Below, piece by piece: positions 57,020-64,000 of a stretch of 64,000 nt of DNA. The stretch is from the IMG/VR virus record IMGVR_UViG_3300020379_000218, positions 32,001-96,000 of that record. One strand, given 5' to 3'. Origin of the DNA: a virus (lineage: Duplodnaviria > Caudoviricetes). Position 1 is the first letter of the stretch. Each line of letters opens with the position of its first letter. Below the pieces are notes generated by a model that made no database searches, was not told the origin of the DNA, and saw nothing but the letters and a program-made list of their open reading frames with translations. The position numbers and the translations under genes are program-made.

Positions 57020-57319
57020 ATGAAAAAAGATATAAAAATTGTAAGAATAATTACAGGTGAGGATATCATTGGCGATTTTAGTCAAGGTAACGGTGAGGTC
57101 AAAGTCAAACAACCATACATCATTTATCCAACATCAGCGCCTAAACCAGGCGAAGCAATTAAATTTGGTATGTTCACATATATTCCATATGCTGAAACAG
57201 AAGAAATAACTTTTAAAGACGATAAGATTATAACGGTAGTAGAACCTAAACAGGATTTACTTGCGTCATATGAGCAATCAGTTTCTAAAATAATTCAAGG
57301 ACCAGGTTTAATAACTTAA
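57020..57319 (+). CDS. Conserved T4-like hypothetical protein (Sm-like fold suspected)
   Basis: IVRIITGEDIIG motif; typical position upstream of gp43. Confidence 0.7.
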   Translation: MKKDIKIVRIITGEDIIGDFSQGNGEVKVKQPYIIYPTSAPKPGEAIKFGMFTYIPYAETEEITFKDDKIITVVEPKQDLLASYEQSVSKIIQGPGLIT

Positions 57320-57684
57320 TGAGTGATAGTGTCCAAACAAAGGATACTATAACAATTCATTTCATTAGTAAAGACGGAAATAAACAAGAAGTTATAGTAC
57401 CACCAGGTTATACAATTATGGAGGCAGCAAGGACTTTTGCTGAACCATCAATTGATGAAATACCAGGCGATTGTGGTGGGTGTACTGCTTGTGGAACTTG
57501 CCATATTAATATTAAAGAGGACATTGACAAAGTGGGTCGGGTAGAGTATAATAGTTTAGAAAATGAGATATTAGAAACAAATATGGAATATGATAGAATG
57601 TATTCCAGATTAGGTTGTAATGTTATGTTAGAGAAAAAACATAATGGTTTAAAAATATATTTGAGAAGTATGGAGTCCGTATAG
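57319..57684 (+). CDS. fdx: [2Fe-2S] ferredoxin, adrenodoxin/putidaredoxin type
   Basis: CGGCTACGTCH...SRLGC. Confidence 0.9.
   Translation: MSDSVQTKDTITIHFISKDGNKQEVIVPPGYTIMEAARTFAEPSIDEIPGDCGGCTACGTCHINIKEDIDKVGRVEYNSLENEILETNMEYDRMYSRLGCNVMLEKKHNGLKIYLRSMESV
57524..57552 (+). promoter_or_regulatory. Consensus sigma70 promoter inside fdx, upstream of gp43
   Basis: TTGACA-17 bp-TATAAT. Confidence 0.65.
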
Positions 57685-60176
57685 TGAATTTTTATAAAGA
57701 TGTAATTGAACATAGAGGTAAGTTATTAGTCCGTGGTATACTAGACGGCAAAGAATTTAAAGAGAAGGTAGCATTTAGACCAACTCTATATGCACAAACA
57801 CAAGAGAATACAAATCATAGAACTTTACAAGGTAACAATCTAAAACCTATTACCTTTGATAGTATCAGGTCAGCAAGAGATTTCAGAAGAAACTATGCAA
57901 CTTCTAATAGTCCGTTGTATGGTAATGATAGATGGCACTTTCAATATATCAGTAAAGAATATCCAGAGAATATTGAGTTTGATAAGAACTTAATTAAAAT
58001 CTTTACTATTGATATTGAGACAACTGCTGATGGTGGTTTTCCTGATGTAGAAAATCCGACAGAAGAGATACTATGTTTGACTATTAAAAATCAATCTAAC
58101 AAACAAATTATTACTTGGGGTACAAGACCATATCTTGCAAAACAAGAAAATGTAACCTATATAGAATGTAAATCAGAAAAACAATTACTGATGGAGTTTT
58201 TTAAATTCTGGATGAAGAATTATCCTGATGTTATTACAGGTTGGAATACTAAATTTTTTGATATACCATATCTATGTAATAGAACTAAAAGACTTGTAGG
58301 TGACAAAGTTATTAATAAGTTATCGCCTTGGGGTTTGATTGAAGAAGAGAAACTAACCGTAAGAGGTAGACAACAAACTATATTTAAGATTATGGGTATA
58401 TCTAATTTAGATTACCTAGACTTATATGTAAAATTTATTCCGACTAGACAAGAAAGTTATAAACTTGATTATATCGCAAAGGTAGAATTAGGTAGTGATG
58501 GTAAAGATAATAACCCATACGATACTTTTAGAGAATGGTATACGAATGACTTTCAATCTTTTGTTGATTACAATATCAAAGATGTTGAACTCGTTGACCA
58601 ACTAGAAGATAAGTTAAGATTGATTGAACTTATCTTAACAATGGCCTATGAGGCAAAGATTAATTATACAGATGTATTTTCAGAAGTTAGACTTTGGGAT
58701 ACATTGATTTACAATCATCTATTAAAAGAGAATATACATATCCCACCTCGTACTGATAATGTTAAAGAAGAAAAATATGTCGGTGCATATGTTAAACCAC
58801 CACAAGTCGGTCAACATAAATGGATTGTATCTTTTGATATTAACTCACTATATCCTCACTTGATTATGCAGTATAATATTAGTCCTGAAAAGATGATTGG
58901 TGTTAAACCTAATGGTATATCTGTAGACAAGTTATTGAAACACGCTACACCTCTTACACATTTACAAACACAAGGTGCAACTATCACACCTAATGGTGCA
59001 ATGTTTAAAACAGATAGTCAAGGTTTCTTACCGAAGATTATGGAAAGTATGTACAATGATAGAGTGCATTACAAACAATTAGAATTTAAAGCAAAACAAG
59101 AATATCAAAAAACAAAAGACCCAATCTATGAAAAAGAAATATCTCGTTGTCATAATATTCAATGGGCGAAAAAGATTTCTTTGAATAGTGCCTATGGTGC
59201 AATCGGTAATCAGTATTTTAGATTTTACAATGTCAATCAAGCGTCAGCGATTACAACTGCTGGGCAGTTTATTATTCAGTATGTTGAACAAAAAGTAAAT
59301 GAATTGATGAATGATATACTACAGACAAAAGGTAAGAAAGATTATATTGTTGCGTCTGATACAGATTCAATTTACCTTTGTTTAGATAGATTAGTAGAAA
59401 AGGTATGTAAAGATAAAACAAAAGAACAGAAGTTAAACTTTGTTGATAAGGTTGCAAAACAAAAGATAGAACCATTTATTGAAAAATGTTTTGAAGAAGT
59501 ATCTAGTTATACAAATGCCTTTCAACAGAAGATGGTTATGAAACGAGAAGTTATCGCAGACAAAGGTATCTGGACTGCCAAGAAAAGATATATGTTGAAT
59601 GTGTTAGACGAAGAAGGTTTTAGATATGAAGAACCTAAACTAAAGATTATGGGTATTGAGGCAGTAAAATCTTCAACACCAGAAGTCTGTAGAAAAGGTA
59701 TTAAAGAAGCAATCAGAATTATTATGAACAAAGATGAAGACGCATTACATAATTATATTTCAAACTTTAAAGAAGAGTATTTGAAATATGAACCTGAACA
59801 GATTGCGTTTCCTAGAAGTTGTAATAATTTAAGAAAGTATTTTAGTCCTAGTGATATATTCATTAAAGGCACACCTATACATATTAAAGGTAGTCTGATA
59901 TATAACTGGCACTTAAAAAATCAAAACCTAGACCAGAAGTATCCTTTGATACAAGAAGGTGATAAAATTAAATTTATATTGTTGAAAGAACCTAATCCTT
60001 TCAAGTTTAATGTATGTGCTTATCTATCTACATTACCTAGAGAGTTTAATCTGAAAGACTATATAGATTACGAGGTTCAATTTGAAAAGACTTTCCTTGA
60101 CCCAATGAGATTTATACTTGGTGCGATAGGTTGGAATGCAGAACCTCAAGCAAGTCTGGAGGCTTTCTTCGGATAA
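57684..60176 (+). CDS. gp43: Family B DNA polymerase gp43
   Basis: DIET exonuclease, SFDINSLYP, KISLNSAYG, SDTDS, KKRY. Confidence 0.98.
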   Translation: MNFYKDVIEHRGKLLVRGILDGKEFKEKVAFRPTLYAQTQENTNHRTLQGNNLKPITFDSIRSARDFRRNYATSNSPLYGNDRWHFQYISKEYPENIEFDKNLIKIFTIDIETTADGGFPDVENPTEEILCLTIKNQSNKQIITWGTRPYLAKQENVTYIECKSEKQLLMEFFKFWMKNYPDVITGWNTKFFDIPYLCNRTKRLVGDKVINKLSPWGLIEEEKLTVRGRQQTIFKIMGISNLDYLDLYVKFIPTRQESYKLDYIAKVELGSDGKDNNPYDTFREWYTNDFQSFVDYNIKDVELVDQLEDKLRLIELILTMAYEAKINYTDVFSEVRLWDTLIYNHLLKENIHIPPRTDNVKEEKYVGAYVKPPQVGQHKWIVSFDINSLYPHLIMQYNISPEKMIGVKPNGISVDKLLKHATPLTHLQTQGATITPNGAMFKTDSQGFLPKIMESMYNDRVHYKQLEFKAKQEYQKTKDPIYEKEISRCHNIQWAKKISLNSAYGAIGNQYFRFYNVNQASAITTAGQFIIQYVEQKVNELMNDILQTKGKKDYIVASDTDSIYLCLDRLVEKVCKDKTKEQKLNFVDKVAKQKIEPFIEKCFEEVSSYTNAFQQKMVMKREVIADKGIWTAKKRYMLNVLDEEGFRYEEPKLKIMGIEAVKSSTPEVCRKGIKEAIRIIMNKDEDALHNYISNFKEEYLKYEPEQIAFPRSCNNLRKYFSPSDIFIKGTPIHIKGSLIYNWHLKNQNLDQKYPLIQEGDKIKFILLKEPNPFKFNVCAYLSTLPREFNLKDYIDYEVQFEKTFLDPMRFILGAIGWNAEPQASLEAFFG

Positions 60177-60316
60177 TGACGACATACGATTTATTTACAA
60201 TCTGGTTGTTATGTCTGATAGGTTTTCAGATAGGAGAAAGGATAGCACACACAAGAATATCTTTGGCGACTTTCTTATTATGTGTTATATTAACTAAAAT
60301 ATTATTGATGAGTTAA
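60176..60316 (+). CDS. Small hydrophobic protein
   Basis: TAATG coupling to gp43; two hydrophobic stretches. Confidence 0.5.
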   Translation: MTTYDLFTIWLLCLIGFQIGERIAHTRISLATFLLCVILTKILLMS

Positions 60317-60319
60317 CAT

Positions 60320-60811
60320 ATGAAATTATTTAAAGACAAGACAGATGACTTTTTTAGATGGTTAAAAGGAACCGAACTAGTTGAACTAGATGATATAGAT
60401 GTATCAGAGGATCCTGTAAGACCAGAGTTAACATTAGGTTGGCGTATCTCTAAAGGTAGAAAAATATTTGGATTAAAGTACGAAGAAAATATAGAAGGTA
60501 TAATTTGTATTGCGTTTACAAATGACATACCATCAAATGTAAAAGAATTAGATATGATGTCTGAACTTGCAGACCTAAAGAACGAGAAACGAATTGCAAT
60601 TGCATATACGGTATGGTCTCGTAAGAGAGGTGCAGGTAAAGAGATTATCAGTAAGGTATTAGAATATGCAAAAGCAAACTATATTGAAAGAGTGATTACA
60701 TTATCACCTCTTACACCTATGGCAACACACTTTCATATTCGTAATGGTGCAAAACAAATATCAATCAATAAGGAAACGCAGAACTTTGAGTATAAACTTT
60801 CCAGTAAATAA
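60320..60811 (+). CDS. Conserved phage protein, GNAT-like
   Basis: DPVRPEL, AYTVWS..RGAGK, TLSP.T.MA..FH.RNGA (acetyl-CoA-binding-like motifs). Confidence 0.6.
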   Translation: MKLFKDKTDDFFRWLKGTELVELDDIDVSEDPVRPELTLGWRISKGRKIFGLKYEENIEGIICIAFTNDIPSNVKELDMMSELADLKNEKRIAIAYTVWSRKRGAGKEIISKVLEYAKANYIERVITLSPLTPMATHFHIRNGAKQISINKETQNFEYKLSSK

Positions 60812-61334
60812 AAAGTATAAGGTAATATATGCTGACCCACCTTGGTCATTTAAATCATTTAGTCCTAAAGGTGATGACAGAAATCCTAATCAGCATTATC
60901 AAACATTAGAACTTAAAGATATAACAGACTTACCTGTAAAACAAATTGCAGATGACAATTGTACTTTATTAATGTGGGTTGTAGACCATAGTTTAGATTT
61001 AGCGTTTGATGTTATAGACGCCTGGGGTTTCCAATACAAGACGGTAGGATTTACTTGGGCAAAAACAAATAAGAATAAACTAGGTTTCTTCACAGGTTTA
61101 GGATACTGGACAAGAGGTAATCCTGAAATGTGTTTACTTGCAACAAAAGGTAAACCTAAAAGAAAATCAAAATCAGTACCACAATTAGTCGTATCAAATA
61201 GAGAACGACATAGTAAAAAACCAGATATTATGTATCAACACATAGAAAATTTATTATCAGGTCCTTACATTGAACTTTTTGCTAGACAAAGAAGAGAAGG
61301 TTGGGATGCCTGGGGAAATCAAATAGAGGCTTGA
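60744..61334 (+). CDS. MT-A70-family adenine methyltransferase
   Basis: IYADPPW, LLMWV, WGF.Y, F.W.K, HSKKP, IELFAR, WGNQ; true start may be TTG 60786. Confidence 0.9.
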   Translation: MVQNKYQSIRKRRTLSINFPVNKKYKVIYADPPWSFKSFSPKGDDRNPNQHYQTLELKDITDLPVKQIADDNCTLLMWVVDHSLDLAFDVIDAWGFQYKTVGFTWAKTNKNKLGFFTGLGYWTRGNPEMCLLATKGKPKRKSKSVPQLVVSNRERHSKKPDIMYQHIENLLSGPYIELFARQRREGWDAWGNQIEA

Positions 61335-61359
61335 CAATGGCGATATTTTATAGTATATT
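61331..61359 (+). promoter_or_regulatory. Sigma70-type promoter
   Basis: TTGACA-17 bp-TATATT. Confidence 0.6.
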
Positions 61360-61409
61360 ACTCTTAACAATTATATTTTTAATACCAATAAGTTTACTAA
61401 TAATGTGGA

Positions 61410-62645
61410 ATGATGAAGACCCTAAACCTTAAAGATTACGCAGATGAAAATGGTTTGCCTATTATGGACACTATCCAGTTTGATAGATGGACAGAAGAAC
61501 TAGGTAAAGAAAAATTTAGAGAATTACTAGCAGAATATATTGCTACTGAAAGACCAAAGTTTCCTCTCAAACAAATATCATATGAAGATATGAGAAAAAG
61601 TATTATTGACTTATCAAAGTTTGATACTTCAAAGATATGTACGCCTAAAGAACAGATTGAAAAGAAAGTATTTGAGAAGTATGATGATTACGAATATGGT
61701 TTTGATAAGTATGGTCTAGGATTGATTGACGCTCCTAGTACATATAATATATCATCTAATTATTTTCATCAACATTTAAGATTAAATTGTAGTAGTTATG
61801 GTTTCAAAGCACCTATAGATGTATGGCAAAATGGTAATGCAAAAGATGTATGGCGTTGTCTAGGTCCTATATGGCGTGGTATTAATAGTGAAAGACATTT
61901 AAAAGAAGGTACTTATATTAGTGCATTTAGATTAGGTACATATATTGCAACACAATTTAAACCTGTTGTTGCGAAAACTTTATATGATATGACAAATGCA
62001 AGAACGGTATTAGATACCTCTTGTGGTTGGGGTGATAGACTTGCAGGTTTCTTTTCTAGTAGTGCAGAAGAATATTATGGTTGCGACCCAAACCCTAACA
62101 CATATAAACAATATATGAAACAGATTGAAGAGTATAGTAAATTCTTTCCTAATAAAAAAGTTAAGATATATAATTGTGGTGCAGAAGATTTACCTTATGA
62201 TGAATTACCAGATATAGATTGTGCCTTTACAAGTCCACCATACTTTAGTACTGAACAATATAATAAAGGTGGTGATAAAGAAGAAAATCAATCGTGGTTT
62301 AAATTCAACGAATACGAGAAGTGGAGAGACGACTTCTATTTACCTGTTGCAGAAAAGACTATGAGTAAATCAAAGTTTATGTTAGTCAACATTATGGATC
62401 CAAAGATTAAGAATGTTAGATATAGGTCAAGTGATGAATTGATAAATAGTCATAGAGAAAAGTTTTTAGGTCAAATTGGTATGGTTATTATGCAAAGACC
62501 TCAAGGTAATGCTAAGTTTAAAACTAAAGAAGAACTGAACGAATTTATGGCAATGAAATATATTGAGAATGTTTGGTGTTTCGGTCCTAAAGATTATGAT
62601 TTCTTCTCTTCTAGTAGAAAAGGTACATTAGAAAACTTTTTATGA
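61410..62645 (+). CDS. SAM-dependent DNA methyltransferase, alpha order, SPPY; paralogue of 44687
   Basis: TQFKP, LDTSCGWGDR, FTSPPYF. Confidence 0.85.
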   Translation: MMKTLNLKDYADENGLPIMDTIQFDRWTEELGKEKFRELLAEYIATERPKFPLKQISYEDMRKSIIDLSKFDTSKICTPKEQIEKKVFEKYDDYEYGFDKYGLGLIDAPSTYNISSNYFHQHLRLNCSSYGFKAPIDVWQNGNAKDVWRCLGPIWRGINSERHLKEGTYISAFRLGTYIATQFKPVVAKTLYDMTNARTVLDTSCGWGDRLAGFFSSSAEEYYGCDPNPNTYKQYMKQIEEYSKFFPNKKVKIYNCGAEDLPYDELPDIDCAFTSPPYFSTEQYNKGGDKEENQSWFKFNEYEKWRDDFYLPVAEKTMSKSKFMLVNIMDPKIKNVRYRSSDELINSHREKFLGQIGMVIMQRPQGNAKFKTKEELNEFMAMKYIENVWCFGPKDYDFFSSSRKGTLENFL

Positions 62646-62959
62646 TAGGAATGATAAAAGAAAAAGAATATAACGATTTAAAACCATACTGGGATTATCA
62701 AAGAAAAGTTGCATACAATAAAGAACAAGTGTTCAAAATGGTTGCAGGCTTTGAAGGTAGAGTATTATCCCACGATGGACCTGTTTCATTAGACGAGTTT
62801 AGAACAAACTTGTGGAACAAGATACCATCAGAAGAGTATGAAGACCCACCGAAAGATTGGGTACCGGAAGATGAGAATTTACGATTAGAAAACGAAGTAT
62901 ACAAGCCTGGTCGTAAAGTTATTCTCAAAGCAAAACAAGCACAGGCTGTTGACAAATAA
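62642..62959 (+). CDS. Hypothetical protein
   Basis: 105 aa with ATGA coupling. Confidence 0.65.
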   Translation: MIGMIKEKEYNDLKPYWDYQRKVAYNKEQVFKMVAGFEGRVLSHDGPVSLDEFRTNLWNKIPSEEYEDPPKDWVPEDENLRLENEVYKPGRKVILKAKQAQAVDK

Positions 62960-62986
62960 GCAACATTAGTATAATATGGAGTAATT

Positions 62987-64000
62987 ATGAGTGATTTTTT
63001 AAAAGATATAATTAAAGAGACTGGCAACGAATATGCCACACTTGCAAGTGAAGGTGTGGATGCTGGTGATGTATCAAACTTTGTTGATACAGGTTGTTAT
63101 TCATTAAACGCCTTATTATCTGGTACCATTCACGGTGGTATGCCTGGTAATAAAATTACAGCAATCGCTGGCGAGGCTGCAACAGGAAAGACTTTCTTTG
63201 CATTAGGTATCTGTAAACATTTTTTAGATAACGATAAAGACGCAGGTGTTATTTACTTTGAAAGTGAAAGTGCCGTATCTAAAAATATGATTGAAGATAG
63301 AGGTGTAGATAGTAAAAGATTTGTCGTAGTACCTGTAGCAACCGTACAAGAATTTAGAGCTCAAGCAATCAAAGTTGTAGACAAGTATCTGGAACAACCA
63401 GAAGATAAAAGAAAACCTATTATGTTTGTATTAGATAGTTTAGGTATGTTATCTACTACAAAAGAAATGCAAGACACAGCAGAAGGTAAAGAGACTAGAG
63501 ATATGACAAGGTCTCAAATTGTGAAGTCTACATTTAGAGTATTAACTTTGAAACTTGGTAAAGCAAACATTCCTATGATTATGACCAATCACACCTATGA
63601 TGTTATTGGTTCAATGTTCCCTCAAAAAGAAATGGGTGGTGGTAGTGGTCTTAAATATGCTGCCTCATCTATCATCTATCTTGGTAAGAGAAAAGTAAAA
63701 GACGGCACAGAAGTTGTCGGTAATATTATTCATTGTAAAAATTACAAGTCAAGGTTGACAAAAGAAAATGCACAAATTGATGTTATGTTAACTTATGAAA
63801 AAGGCCTTGACAAATATTATGGTCTATTAGATATTGCAGTTGAAGAAGGTATCTTCAAAAAAGTATCTACTAGAATTGAAACGCCTGATGGTAAAAAAGT
63901 ATTCGGTAAGAATATAATTGAAAATCCTGAAGAGTATTTTACAAAAGAAGTATTAGAGAAGATAGATGAAGCAACAAAACGAAAATTCCTCTACGGATAA
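62987..64000 (+). CDS. uvsX: RecA-like recombinase UvsX
   Basis: [38 protein letters not shown]; ends with TAA at 64000. Confidence 0.95.
   Translation: MSDFLKDIIKETGNEYATLASEGVDAGDVSNFVDTGCYSLNALLSGTIHGGMPGNKITAIAGEAATGKTFFALGICKHFLDNDKDAGVIYFESESAVSKNMIEDRGVDSKRFVVVPVATVQEFRAQAIKVVDKYLEQPEDKRKPIMFVLDSLGMLSTTKEMQDTAEGKETRDMTRSQIVKSTFRVLTLKLGKANIPMIMTNHTYDVIGSMFPQKEMGGGSGLKYAASSIIYLGKRKVKDGTEVVGNIIHCKNYKSRLTKENAQIDVMLTYEKGLDKYYGLLDIAVEEGIFKKVSTRIETPDGKKVFGKNIIENPEEYFTKEVLEKIDEATKRKFLYG

Noticed and set aside
21616-60176. Introns or inteins in terminase, capsid, helicase or polymerase genes
   Set aside because: All are uninterrupted and of normal T4-like length
1431-63039. Numerous minus-strand and nested plus-strand ORFs in the track (e.g. 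1918-2238, 41506-42024, 53102-53476)
   Set aside because: All are shadows of well-supported + strand genes, with no SD, motifs or consistent codon usage
1-64000. CRISPR array, integrase, IS elements, tRNA genes
   Set aside because: No regularly spaced repeats, recombinase or transposase motifs, or cloverleaf sequences found by inspection

Overview
AT-rich segment of a large T4-like (myovirus) marine phage genome, with all credible genes on the + strand. The host is probably an alphaproteobacterium, possibly SAR11-like (inferred from a Shemin-pathway hemA, a hemO-pcyX-hemA cassette, bS21 and no photosynthesis genes in the window). Gene order: tail-fibre/RCC1-propeller adhesin paralogues (0.6-14.4 kb); a late-promoter-driven heme/bilin cassette with an extra, apparently catalytically dead heme-oxygenase paralogue (14.5-17.8 kb); neck, tail, terminase, portal and head genes gp13-gp23 (18-32 kb); an AlkB/XylM-type membrane di-iron monooxygenase; gp3, uvsY, uvsW, gp55, gp47, gp46; peptide deformylase followed by a GNAT/2OG-oxygenase/PLP-enzyme/methyltransferase cluster (40-46 kb); a vWA-peptidase and AAA ATPase pair behind duplicated strong early promoters; bS21 followed by a structured non-coding region with tandem pseudoknots; Hsp20, peroxiredoxin, gp45/44/62, regA, a RimK-protease fusion, ferredoxin, gp43, two more methyltransferases and uvsX. 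The most striking signal, seen by eye rather than counted, is window-wide: several restriction-type motifs (GTNAC, GATC, GCATC, ACNGT) appear only when a C of the site lies in a CC dinucleotide. This suggests the phage modifies CC/GG dinucleotides genome-wide.
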